Source: a virus. Taken from it: DNA of 64,000 nucleotides. Position numbers and translations under genes: made by a program. Shown here piece after piece: positions 44,549-53,536 of the stretch (position 1 is the first letter of the stretch; every line of letters starts with the position of its first letter). The notes below the pieces were generated by a model. That model made no database searches. It was given only the letters and a program-made list of their open reading frames with translations, and had not been told where the DNA came from. The stretch covers positions 203,033 to 267,032 of the IMG/VR virus record IMGVR_UViG_3300037882_001770, one strand, 5' to 3'.

Positions 44549-45741
44549 AAAAGGTAATACCGATACAGACAGATCGTGATTATTATTGTTCAAATAAATT
44601 TACTTTTTTAAAAATTGATTTTGAAAAACAAACCACGTATAATTGTCATGCAGCCACACCCCATCCAATTGATTTTGTCTGGTTAGAAAATAATCCTGGG
44701 CAATTGTTTAATACGCCAATCAACATGTCTGAACGTGAGTTGATGTTGGATAATCAACGTAACCCTAGTTGTGAACAAAACTGCTATCCAGCCGAAGATC
44801 GTGGCCAGGTCAGTACTCGAATGTTACAGTCTACTCCGGATCGTCAATACACTGATGTTCTAACTCACCCCAAGCTGGTGGACTTTACACTGTTTAGTGA
44901 ATGCAACCTTACCTGTAGTTATTGTTGCAAAGAATACAGCAGTGCCTGGCGCAATGACTTGTTAAAAAACGGATCGTATGATCTGCCAAATTACGCCAAT
45001 CAAAATCGCATGAAATTGTTGCCTATAGATATTGTGTCTGGTAAGGTAAGTCAAAAAGAAAAAGCAAATTTGCCTAAGATAAAATTGCTATTGGAGCAAG
45101 TTTACAACAGTCGAGAACATCTTGAAATTTTAACCATCACCGGCGGGGAGCCATTTCTAAACAATCTGCTACCAGAGATATTAGAAAAATTTAAAACAGT
45201 TCCTAGAATTGATTTGTTTACTGGTCTTGGAGTTAACACCGAACGATTTAAAAAAATATTATCTGTGGTATCACAATACAAAAATATCAACTTGTGCATC
45301 AGTGCCGAATCTACAGAAAAAAATTACGAGTTTAACCGCTACGGCATGACTTGGCAAAATTTTCAAGAACGATTAAAAATTATTCAAGATCTTGGAATCA
45401 AATTTGAATTCCACTGCACTATCTCTAATCTTACAGTGTTAGGGTTCAAGGACTTTTATAAACTCTACAAAGATGTCAAACTACATATAGACTTTGTGCA
45501 TCACCCCGATTTTATGTCAGCCAGCAACTTAGATCCTGCATCCAAACAACAAGTCATAGATGATTTATTGCCATATCAAGACGATGTAAAAATCCAACAG
45601 ATATTACAAACCGTAATCAGCGATCATGTAAATAACGATCATAGGGTAACTATGGCCACGTGGCTAGAGCAGTTTGCTAGTCGTCGACAACTTGATTTAA
45701 ATTTATACCCAAAAACTTTTTTAGATTGGCTAAAACAATGA
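44545..45741 (+). CDS. Radical SAM protein
   Basis: CNLTCSYC; ITGGEPF; N-terminal Cys cluster. Confidence 0.9.
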   Translation: MKKVIPIQTDRDYYCSNKFTFLKIDFEKQTTYNCHAATPHPIDFVWLENNPGQLFNTPINMSERELMLDNQRNPSCEQNCYPAEDRGQVSTRMLQSTPDRQYTDVLTHPKLVDFTLFSECNLTCSYCCKEYSSAWRNDLLKNGSYDLPNYANQNRMKLLPIDIVSGKVSQKEKANLPKIKLLLEQVYNSREHLEILTITGGEPFLNNLLPEILEKFKTVPRIDLFTGLGVNTERFKKILSVVSQYKNINLCISAESTEKNYEFNRYGMTWQNFQERLKIIQDLGIKFEFHCTISNLTVLGFKDFYKLYKDVKLHIDFVHHPDFMSASNLDPASKQQVIDDLLPYQDDVKIQQILQTVISDHVNNDHRVTMATWLEQFASRRQLDLNLYPKTFLDWLKQ

Positions 45742-46037
45742 GATATCTATTACTAACTTATTATACCAAACCCAATGGTCAAATCGATGAGGTTATGACA
45801 GTTGCTAACAAATTAAAAACCAGAGACTGGCAGACCTGTAACATTATTCTGGACTTCAAGGATCAAAAAGTATTGTTGTCCAGTGTCAAAGGTATGACCT
45901 CCACTAAAGACTGGGACACTGTTGTTGCTTATTATTACAAGCATTATACTCGCACAATCGAACGCATGTTTGAAGAAAACGGGCACCCTTTAAGTATTTT
46001 AGTGGACCAACGCAAAACAACAGAGGTTGACCAATAA
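45738..46037 (+). CDS. Hypothetical protein
   Basis: ATGA-coupled ORF. Confidence 0.7.
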   Translation: MRYLLLTYYTKPNGQIDEVMTVANKLKTRDWQTCNIILDFKDQKVLLSSVKGMTSTKDWDTVVAYYYKHYTRTIERMFEENGHPLSILVDQRKTTEVDQ

Positions 46038-46055
46038 TCCGATTTCATGTATAAT
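46027..46055 (+). promoter_or_regulatory. sigma70-type early promoter (leaderless start likely)
   Basis: TTGACC-N17-TATAAT, ATG 6 nt later. Confidence 0.85.
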
Positions 46056-46061
46056 AATACT

Positions 46062-46673
46062 ATGAAATCGAAATTTAAGAACTTAGATCGTTTAATCCTA
46101 ACTGATTGTGACGGTGTATGCCTTGACTGGGAGTGGGCCTTTAATGTTTGGATGCAGGAGCATGGATTTACCGAAGTTGATGGTAGCAAGTTCAGCTACG
46201 ACATGAGTATCAGGTATAACATACCTAGGGAACAAGTAACCAAGCTGATACGCATTTTTAATGAAAGTGCCGCAATTGGTTTTCTACCAGCTATGCGTGA
46301 TTCGGTGTATTACATCAAACGATTGCATGAAGAACACGGATTCCGTTTCCATGCTATCACTAGTCTGAGTTTAGATCCTAATGCTCAAAAACTACGTGAA
46401 ATGAATATTCACAAGTTATTCGGTCCGACTGCATTTGAAAGAATTGTATGTTTGGATACCGGTGCACACAAAGACGAAGCACTTGAGGAATATGAAGGCA
46501 CTGGATGCTTCTGGGTAGAAGACAAAATTGAAAATGCCGAAGTTGGATACCGAGCAGGATTAAAAAGTTTGTTGCTCGAACATGGGCACAACATGAACCA
46601 TGAGTGCCCATACCCGATTGTGAAGAACTGGAAACAGATCTATCACATTGTTACTGACTACTCCGAAGCGTAA
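46062..46673 (+). CDS. HAD-family phosphatase / 5'-nucleotidase (T4 gp30.2-like)
   Basis: ILTDCDGVCLDW (DxD), WVEDK. Confidence 0.85.
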   Translation: MKSKFKNLDRLILTDCDGVCLDWEWAFNVWMQEHGFTEVDGSKFSYDMSIRYNIPREQVTKLIRIFNESAAIGFLPAMRDSVYYIKRLHEEHGFRFHAITSLSLDPNAQKLREMNIHKLFGPTAFERIVCLDTGAHKDEALEEYEGTGCFWVEDKIENAEVGYRAGLKSLLLEHGHNMNHECPYPIVKNWKQIYHIVTDYSEA

Positions 46674-47404
46674 AGTTTTAGCACAGAATCAATAATTCTG
46701 TGTCGCTGTATGTCCTTGTTGTCCAAATGACAAACTGCGATTCCTTTTACACCCCCTTCCTCTAATCGTGAACAAAGGTCCATTAAACCATTGTTGCCGC
46801 GATTACGATCGGCCTGTTCTACGTCGCCCGTGATTACAATTTTTGAGCCTTCGCCGATACGGGTCATCAGCATTTTTACCTGATTAGGTGTTGCATTTTG
46901 CATTTCATCTGCAATAATAAAACTATTTTTGAATGTGCGGCCACGCATAAAAGCCAATGGTGCAATTTCAATTTTCTGCTCTTCTATCATTTCTGCTATA
47001 TCTTGTGGACGATAGTATTCACGCAAAATATCAGTTAACGGACGAACCCAAGGATCCATTTTTTGATTCAAATCGCCTGGCAAAAAGCCATGCTTCTCAT
47101 CCTCTACACCCACTGCTGGGCGTGTTAGTACAATACGGTCTACTTCACCTGCTCTAAATGCTTTTACTGCTGCAAGCATGGCCAAATAGGTCTTTCCTGT
47201 TCCGGCCGGTCCTGCGGTGACCACAATATGTTGATCAACACTCTGCAACGCCAATACCAAACGTTCTTGATTGCGTGAACGAGGCACGATCTCAATAGAC
47301 TTTTGTTTTTGCGGCTTTGTTTGATCAAATCTTATGGTGTTTTCATGTGGTGTCATAATGATGTTGTTACGACGTTGTGATTTTGCTGCTCTATTTCTAC
47401 TCAA
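46658..47404 (-). CDS. phoH: PhoH-like ATPase
   Basis: GPAGTGKTYLA, LTRPAV, GFLPGDL, MRGRTF, DEMQN, TGD..Q.D; TAAATA on minus strand at 47456-61. Confidence 0.95.
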   Translation of the reverse strand: MSRNRAAKSQRRNNIIMTPHENTIRFDQTKPQKQKSIEIVPRSRNQERLVLALQSVDQHIVVTAGPAGTGKTYLAMLAAVKAFRAGEVDRIVLTRPAVGVEDEKHGFLPGDLNQKMDPWVRPLTDILREYYRPQDIAEMIEEQKIEIAPLAFMRGRTFKNSFIIADEMQNATPNQVKMLMTRIGEGSKIVITGDVEQADRNRGNNGLMDLCSRLEEGGVKGIAVCHLDNKDIQRHRIIDSVLKLYASE

Positions 47405-47585
47405 AGTAAACTCCGTTGTAGTTAAGGTAAATTGACAGCAGGTTGCTGTCTAAAGTATTTAGATGTTATTTTGAAAAGTTTTATAGGTACTAATATCCGA
47501 AATCTCCAAGCTAAGTATTAAGCTAGGCTGTAAAATACTGCAAATTCAAAATAGTAACACTATTCAACTTACCATAAATACTCAT

Positions 47586-48161
47586 ATGGGCAATAACAAA
47601 ACAATCGATCATGAAATTTTTAAAAATGGCGAGGACTATTGGCAAGTAGCTGAAAATATCCGCGATATCTATCTGAGCGAAGGTAGTTTGCTTAGTCTAT
47701 TAGATTTTGAACGTGTGTTGGATGAGCTAGATTTGTATGCTTTTAAAAATTGGTCTATCGGTGAGCTGGTGCAAGGCCCAACAGTTGGAAAATATCGTGT
47801 TACATGTATATTCATGTGGCCTGAGAAACTAATGCCAGATCCACGTGGTGCTCGCAGACTACTGCCATTTGATTGCGATGTTAAATTTAAAAAAACCATG
47901 ATGAAAGTACCGATAAAAATCAGCGATCCCAGTGACTATCGCGACGGCACAAAAAAAGCCAGAATAGTTGAAAAGAAAGTTTGGTTGGTAGAAATCACCA
48001 TGCCCAAGAGTTTAATGAGCGATATTCGAACAGGTTCAATTGAATTAGAAGACCAGGATATTGATCTGGCAGATTTAGATAGTGCATATGAGCAGGATCT
48101 AGATCAAGAAGAATACAAAAACAACAACGAGCAAAATGCACAACAGCAACCAATTATTTGA
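47586..48161 (+). CDS. Conserved large-phage late protein
   Basis: LLDFERVLDELDLYAFKNW...MPDPRG; TAAATA 5 nt upstream. Confidence 0.8.
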   Translation: MGNNKTIDHEIFKNGEDYWQVAENIRDIYLSEGSLLSLLDFERVLDELDLYAFKNWSIGELVQGPTVGKYRVTCIFMWPEKLMPDPRGARRLLPFDCDVKFKKTMMKVPIKISDPSDYRDGTKKARIVEKKVWLVEITMPKSLMSDIRTGSIELEDQDIDLADLDSAYEQDLDQEEYKNNNEQNAQQQPII

Positions 48162-48684
48162 GAGTTTGGGATATAAAGAATTAGAAGGCTTAATGAAGCC
48201 TTCTATTCACGTGGACGAATTTAGTTCAAAAATGGGCGATGATGATGACATTATTGTGGTCAGTTTCTTTGTACGTGATTCTCAGGCTGCTAAAGATTTA
48301 ATGAATTGGTTTGAAAAGGGTTACGATTTTGTAATTGATGCCGACAAGTCACCAGGTGAAATCAAACCCAATCGCTATTTGGTCTACGTAGAGATTCGCC
48401 GTCGTAGTACAGCTGGCGCACAGGTCGAAACCATAATTGACGATCTAGGAACGTTAACAGAATTTGACTCTAACGACTGGATCATGCACTACAAAGGTAA
48501 AGAAGTTCCATTTAGCCGTGACACATTTGATTCCACTGTGCCATTGAGTCCACGTGCTTATCGTGAACGCTATGACAAAGATCTTAATGAAGTTCGTACA
48601 TCGGCCGGACTTCCAGTAAAAACAATTTACAAAAAAAACGATCCTGAATTACAATCTATCCAAAGTGCTGCTGGTATAATTTAA
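48136..48684 (+). CDS. Conserved large-phage late protein
   Basis: IHVDEFSSKMGDDDDIIVVSF...FEKGYDFVIDAD.SPGE. Confidence 0.8.
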   Translation: MHNSNQLFESLGYKELEGLMKPSIHVDEFSSKMGDDDDIIVVSFFVRDSQAAKDLMNWFEKGYDFVIDADKSPGEIKPNRYLVYVEIRRRSTAGAQVETIIDDLGTLTEFDSNDWIMHYKGKEVPFSRDTFDSTVPLSPRAYRERYDKDLNEVRTSAGLPVKTIYKKNDPELQSIQSAAGII

Positions 48685-48772
48685 CCAGTTTGATATCAAG
48701 AAGATAGCACCCAGCAGGTAAATCTGTTGGTTCAATCCCCCAATCATTAAATAACACAAATTAAGGAACACA

Positions 48773-49612
48773 ATGCCACAACGTATATTAATCATGGGGT
48801 TACCAGGATCAGGAAAAACAACCTTAGCTGGTACACTTAAACAATACCTAGAGGAGCACGGAGAAATTAGTTACGGACGTGCTCTTGGTGAACACATTGG
48901 CGATTTGAATGCCAAGGTAACTTGGTTTAATGCAGACGATATTCGTCGCAAGTACAACGACTGGGACTTCAGCAACGACGGACGTATTCGTCAAAGTCTG
49001 CGCATGTTCCAGTTTAGTATGGAGGCTAGTGGTGAATATGTTATTTGCGACTTTGTTGCACCACTGGTAGAAATGCGTAACAACTTCAAAGCTGACTGGA
49101 CCGTTTGGGTAGATACTATACGTGAAGGTCGTTATGCCGATACAAATGCGGCGTTTGTTGAACCAGACCAATACGACTTCCGTATCACAGAACAAAACGC
49201 AGAAAAGTGGGCTGAGTTTATTGGTAGTCATATTATTGAAAATCGTCGACGACCCACTTTTGATTGGCAGAAGGAAACAGTACAAATGTTGGGCCGATGG
49301 CAACCATGGCATGCCGGACACAGAGCCCTGTTTGAACGTGCTATTGCCAAGACCGGCCAAGTTGTAATACAAATACGTGATTGCCAAGGCTGGCAAGGTA
49401 GCAATCCATTTGAAGTAGAGAAGGTCAAAGCATTTATCAGGCGTGACTTGGATCCTATCTATCAAGGACAGTATGAAATACAGGTAGTACCTAACATTGT
49501 AAACATTACCTACGGACGTGATGTAGGCTATAAAATTGAACAAGAATCATTTGATGAAAGCATCACCAACATTAGTGCTACAAAGATTCGTGAAGAACTA
49601 GGACTAAAGTGA
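48773..49612 (+). CDS. APS-kinase (CysC)-like P-loop kinase fused to HxGH nucleotidyltransferase-like domain
   Basis: MGLPGSGKTT, WFNADDIR...DWDFS; second domain LGRWQPWHAGH...ISATKIR. Confidence 0.8.
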   Translation: MPQRILIMGLPGSGKTTLAGTLKQYLEEHGEISYGRALGEHIGDLNAKVTWFNADDIRRKYNDWDFSNDGRIRQSLRMFQFSMEASGEYVICDFVAPLVEMRNNFKADWTVWVDTIREGRYADTNAAFVEPDQYDFRITEQNAEKWAEFIGSHIIENRRRPTFDWQKETVQMLGRWQPWHAGHRALFERAIAKTGQVVIQIRDCQGWQGSNPFEVEKVKAFIRRDLDPIYQGQYEIQVVPNIVNITYGRDVGYKIEQESFDESITNISATKIREELGLK

Positions 49613-49812
49613 GCGACACAACTCGAAGAAGTTTAGTAAAAACCATTAGTTGGCGTATTACAGGTAGTGGCGCTACATTTTTGATTTCTTACGCAATTCT
49701 TGGTAATGTAACAGTATCTGGCACTATTGCTGCTATACAGTTAATTTTTAATACTGTTTTGTATTTTATTCACGAACGAATTTGGAACAAAATCTCCTGG
49801 GGACAACGATAA
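49609..49812 (+). CDS. DUF2061-like small membrane protein
   Basis: RRSLVKTISWRITG...YFIHERIWNKISWG. Confidence 0.8.
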   Translation: MSDTTRRSLVKTISWRITGSGATFLISYAILGNVTVSGTIAAIQLIFNTVLYFIHERIWNKISWGQR

Positions 49813-49839
49813 ATATTGGTATCAGAAGGAGCCAATATC

Positions 49840-50457
49840 GTGGAAATCACACAACAACAACTAGCCCAAATAATCCCAAAAAATCCCTATATCCAGCAAT
49901 GGTGCGATGCTTTAAACAAATTGTTGCCAGACTATGGCATCGACACTCCACAACGTGTGGCTGCCTTTTTAGCACAGTGCGCCCACGAGTCTGGCGGATT
50001 TGTGTTCTTAAAAGAAAACTTAAATTATCGTGCAGAGAGCTTGATGCGTACCTGGCCAAAACATTTTCCTACCATGGATGTTGCCGCGCAGTATGCACGT
50101 CAACCCGAGCGCATTGCCAACCGTGCCTACGCTAACAGGATGGGTAACAGCACAGAGGAATCAGGCGACGGTGCAAGATATCTTGGGCGTGGACTTATTC
50201 AACTCACTGGTCGCAACAACTACGAAGCCTTTGCTGAAAGCATTGAAACACCAGTAGAAGAAATTCCTGCATATTTAGAAACTTTTGAAGGTGCTGTGCA
50301 AAGTGCCTGCTGGTTTTGGGAAACCAATAATCTAAATCAGTTTGCCGATACTGGTGATATTAAAACCATGACTCGTCGTATCAATGGTGGCTTAATTGGC
50401 ATAGAAGATCGTGAAAAACATTATGCACATGCTCTTCATGTGTTTGGTGATCACTGA
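49840..50457 (+). CDS. Endolysin, glycoside hydrolase family 19
   Basis: AAFLAQCAHESGG, ENLNY, YLGRGLIQLTGRNNY, TRRINGG; GTG start after AAGGAG. Confidence 0.9.
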   Translation: MEITQQQLAQIIPKNPYIQQWCDALNKLLPDYGIDTPQRVAAFLAQCAHESGGFVFLKENLNYRAESLMRTWPKHFPTMDVAAQYARQPERIANRAYANRMGNSTEESGDGARYLGRGLIQLTGRNNYEAFAESIETPVEEIPAYLETFEGAVQSACWFWETNNLNQFADTGDIKTMTRRINGGLIGIEDREKHYAHALHVFGDH

Positions 50458-51068
50458 TGTGGCAAATACAATGGCTCCTGCAACTGATACCTGATGGCAT
50501 ATTTGTTTGGTTGACTTATCTGCTGTTTGCGGTAGGTGTAATACTATATGTGGCCAGCAAATTGGTCAGCTGGATCCCACTCATGGGCCAATATCGTTTT
50601 CCTGCAGAATTAGCAGGTGTCGTGGCGCTTGTCATTGCCGCTTATTTCTACGGTGGCGCCAGTTACAGAGAACAGATAGCTGAAATAAAACAACAAGTTA
50701 AAATCGCAGAAGAAAAATCACAGCAAGTCAACACTGTGATTGAAACCAAAATAATTGAAAAAGTAAAGGTGGTCAAAGAAAATGTATACATTACAAGAGA
50801 AATTGTTAAAGAAGTGGCGGGGCGGCAATTGGATGCTCAGTGCAGTCTGCCTCAGTCTACTATCAGCCTGCACGACAGTGCCAGTCGTAATGAAGTTCCC
50901 CAGCGTGCCGCCGCAACTGATGGAACCCCCAGCGGCGTTGAAGCCAGTCGGCTCCTCGACCGAGTCATTGAAAACTACGGTGCCTGTCACGAAAACACAG
51001 AAAAACTAAAGGCCTGGCAAGAATGGTATAACAGCCAACGCGAGATCTACGAAGGTATTGGAAAATGA
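50457..51068 (+). CDS. Rz-like inner-membrane spanin
   Basis: N-terminal TM helices, coiled coil, two C-terminal Cys; follows endolysin. Confidence 0.7.
   Translation: MWQIQWLLQLIPDGIFVWLTYLLFAVGVILYVASKLVSWIPLMGQYRFPAELAGVVALVIAAYFYGGASYREQIAEIKQQVKIAEEKSQQVNTVIETKIIEKVKVVKENVYITREIVKEVAGRQLDAQCSLPQSTISLHDSASRNEVPQRAAATDGTPSGVEASRLLDRVIENYGACHENTEKLKAWQEWYNSQREIYEGIGK
50782..51009 (+). CDS. Rz1-like outer-membrane spanin lipoprotein embedded in Rz (start may be 50833)
   Basis: Lipobox LLSA-C then Pro-rich TTVPVVMKFPSVPPQLMEPP, in the +1 frame. Confidence 0.7.
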   Translation: MYTLQEKLLKKWRGGNWMLSAVCLSLLSACTTVPVVMKFPSVPPQLMEPPAALKPVGSSTESLKTTVPVTKTQKN

Positions 51069-51466
51069 AACGAATACTTGTAGCCTTTTTTGCACTTTCT
51101 CTGACCAGTTGTGCTCTTTGGGACGCCTACATGATGGCTCCCTATGATGCCAATGAATACCTGCAGATCACTGAGATCCGGGCCACAGCTGGACAGTACA
51201 GGCGACAATGTGATAACCCTATCTTGGCCGTTGCTAACGCACAGGCCATGGCCAACCGCACAGATCTGTTTGAAAAATATGAGGAACTGATTCCTAGAAA
51301 TGACAATGGCTTCCGTGCATCACAGGCACTCAACGAAATAGCCCAGGGACTCAACACTGCCTACGCAAAAGGCCCTGTGAGTCCAATGTTTTGCAAATTA
51401 AAATACAACAACATCGAGCACAATGCCGAGCTTATACAAAGGGTAACAGCGGGCAGACCGCGTTAA
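51065..51466 (+). CDS. Lipoprotein, unknown function
   Basis: MKRILVAFFALSLTS-C lipobox. Confidence 0.75.
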   Translation: MKRILVAFFALSLTSCALWDAYMMAPYDANEYLQITEIRATAGQYRRQCDNPILAVANAQAMANRTDLFEKYEELIPRNDNGFRASQALNEIAQGLNTAYAKGPVSPMFCKLKYNNIEHNAELIQRVTAGRPR

Positions 51467-51482
51467 TAACAAGGAGAAAATA

Positions 51483-51743
51483 ATGAGTTGGTCGCAATGG
51501 GAAACCGAAGTATTACACATCTTAGACAATTCTGATGACGAAAACACTAGAATGGTGGCCACCGCTACCAACGCTTATGGCGAAGAACTGCGTGCCGGCA
51601 ATATCAGTCAATCCGAATACGCAGAACTGTTGCGAGATCTACAACGTCAGATCACCATCACCGAAAACATGTCACAATTTGAAACCAAACAAAGGTTAAA
51701 TACAGCTATAACTGCCCTGATCAATGTGGCCTCAGCAGTATAA
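51483..51743 (+). CDS. Hypothetical protein
   Basis: AAGGAG RBS. Confidence 0.75.
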   Translation: MSWSQWETEVLHILDNSDDENTRMVATATNAYGEELRAGNISQSEYAELLRDLQRQITITENMSQFETKQRLNTAITALINVASAV

Positions 51744-51782
51744 TAGTAGCACATTATAATAATAAAAATAAAAGGAGCCGAT

Positions 51783-52238
51783 ATGCCAGCCGAAGAAGTC
51801 AAAAGCGAAAGTGCAAAGAAAAACGAAGATTGGATGAATTCAAAATGGCGTCCAGCCATGGGTTGGATGTACATGTTGGTGTGTATATCTGATTTTGTAT
51901 TGTTTCCAGTATTATGGAGCTTGATCCAAGTGGTCGGTGACGGTAAAGTAGAAACACAGTGGAGTCCGATTACACTCCAGGGTGCAGGACTATTCCATAT
52001 GGCTATGGGTGCTATATTAGGTATTGCGGCGTATGGTCGTACACAAGAAAAACTAGGCGACAAAGCAGGTGCAACCATGTCAGCGCCAACGTTGAGTGCT
52101 CCAGCACCGGCATTTGGCAATGTTCCACTGGGCGGTAATGCCATGAGTACTGCTCCTGCATTTGGATCTAAACCAGCAACAAACACACCAACACCAACAT
52201 TTGGTGCGCCAGTACAACCGGCACACCCAGAAATTTAA
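51783..52238 (+). CDS. Putative holin (GTA-type 3TM holin-like)
   Basis: WMNSKWRPAMGWMY...MGAILGIAAYGRTQEK. Confidence 0.7.
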   Translation: MPAEEVKSESAKKNEDWMNSKWRPAMGWMYMLVCISDFVLFPVLWSLIQVVGDGKVETQWSPITLQGAGLFHMAMGAILGIAAYGRTQEKLGDKAGATMSAPTLSAPAPAFGNVPLGGNAMSTAPAFGSKPATNTPTPTFGAPVQPAHPEI

Positions 52239-52250
52239 AGGAGACTTATT

Positions 52251-52370
52251 ATGTTAGATACATTATTTTGGATAGCGATAGGAGCATTTGTAGGTTGGAA
52301 TTTTCCACAACCGTTTTGGGCTAGAATGATTCAGGAAAAAATCAAAGCAATGGTTAGTAAGGAAAAATAA
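52251..52370 (+). CDS. 39-aa membrane peptide (not in ORF track)
   Basis: AAGGAG RBS; MLDTLFWIAIGAFVGWNFPQPFWA... Confidence 0.7.
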   Translation: MLDTLFWIAIGAFVGWNFPQPFWARMIQEKIKAMVSKEK

Positions 52371-52371
52371 A

Positions 52372-52623
52372 ATGAAACTACTTAATATTACAGCCTGTAC
52401 AATTATTGCGGCATTGGTAGCTTTTACAGCAACGCCAGTCTGGGCAGCCGACGCACCAAAATCTGAAAAAGTTTGCAAAACAGATCCTAACACTAAAAAA
52501 GAAACATGTACCAAAAAGGTTTGCAAAGTTGACCCTAAAACCAAAAAAGAAACATGCAAAACAATTAAGATACACGAAAAGTTAGAAGGCACCAAGGTTC
52601 CAGAAAAACCAACCAAAAAGTAA
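52372..52623 (+). CDS. Small secreted protein with duplicated KVCK.DP.TKKETC motif
   Basis: Signal peptide ending VWA-A; two tandem Cys-bounded repeats. Confidence 0.7.
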   Translation: MKLLNITACTIIAALVAFTATPVWAADAPKSEKVCKTDPNTKKETCTKKVCKVDPKTKKETCKTIKIHEKLEGTKVPEKPTKK

Positions 52624-52637
52624 TTGCCAGCACCTCG

Positions 52638-52672
52638 AGCAGACAGTATAATTAATATGCTGTCTGCTTTTT
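52638..52672 (+). terminator. Terminator hairpin overlapping a sigma70 promoter
   Basis: AGCAGACAG...CTGTCTGCT-TTTT with TATAAT (52647-52) in the loop and TTGCCA 17 nt upstream. Confidence 0.7.
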
Positions 52673-52679
52673 CTTTTAT

Positions 52680-53468
52680 ATGACCAATCATTATCAAACT
52701 CTAGGCGTTGACCGCAGCGCTTCCCCAGATGAAATTAAACGAGCTTATCGAAAGTTGGCCAGCCAGCATCACCCCGACAAAGGTGGTGACACTAAAAAAT
52801 TTCAAGAAATACAAACAGCATATGATGTACTAAGTGACCCGCAGAAAAAGTCTGCCTATGATAATCCTGCAGCCCAGACTTTTTCTGGGTTCGGTAATCA
52901 ACCATTTGATTTTGATACTATTTTTGACATATTCGGTGCTAGATTTAATCATCCACATCAACAACCACGTGGGCGCACACAGGCACGCATGAGTCTATGG
53001 ATTACTCTATTAGACGCGGTGCAGGGCGGGAGACGTACTATCAGTATCGGCACTCAGCAAGGAACCCAGGCAGTAGAAATAGAAATTCCAATTGGGATCA
53101 ATGACAGTGACTCTGTACAATATTCTGGTATTGCGCCAGGTGGTGGCGACTTGATAATAACGTATCGCATACATAACAATCCTAAATGGCAACGCCAGGG
53201 ATCTAATCTCATAACCGAACAAATGATCACTATCTGGGATTGCATACTAGGTGGTCAGACCATGTTGCGAGATATCGAAGGCAATCAATTAAACTTAACA
53301 GTTCCAGCAAGAACTCAGCCCGGCACAATGCTACGACTTCGTGGTCGCGGAATTCCACAGAGGCAAGGACCAACTGGAGATCTTTTGGTTAAAATTGTTG
53401 CACACATACCTGACCAAATTGACCCTGAATTGCTGACTATGATTGAGCAAACTGGCAATAAAAACTAA
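52680..53468 (+). CDS. dnaJ: DnaJ/CbpA-like co-chaperone (no zinc finger)
   Basis: J domain with HHPDKGG; C-terminal LRLRGRGIP...GDLLVKI. Confidence 0.9.
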   Translation: MTNHYQTLGVDRSASPDEIKRAYRKLASQHHPDKGGDTKKFQEIQTAYDVLSDPQKKSAYDNPAAQTFSGFGNQPFDFDTIFDIFGARFNHPHQQPRGRTQARMSLWITLLDAVQGGRRTISIGTQQGTQAVEIEIPIGINDSDSVQYSGIAPGGGDLIITYRIHNNPKWQRQGSNLITEQMITIWDCILGGQTMLRDIEGNQLNLTVPARTQPGTMLRLRGRGIPQRQGPTGDLLVKIVAHIPDQIDPELLTMIEQTGNKN

Positions 53469-53536
53469 CTATATTACTTGCACTTAAAAGTGATATAATA
53501 TATAATGTAACGTAGCAATCACCATTCAAGGAACTC

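Noticed and set aside
48690..48745. tRNA-like GGTTCAATCCC string with a CCAGCAG/CTGTTGG hairpin
   Set aside because: No acceptor stem, D-arm or CCA could be built; at most a remnant or ordinary hairpin.
48848..49543. 231-aa minus-strand ORF
   Set aside because: Antisense to a well-supported kinase/nucleotidyltransferase gene; no motifs.
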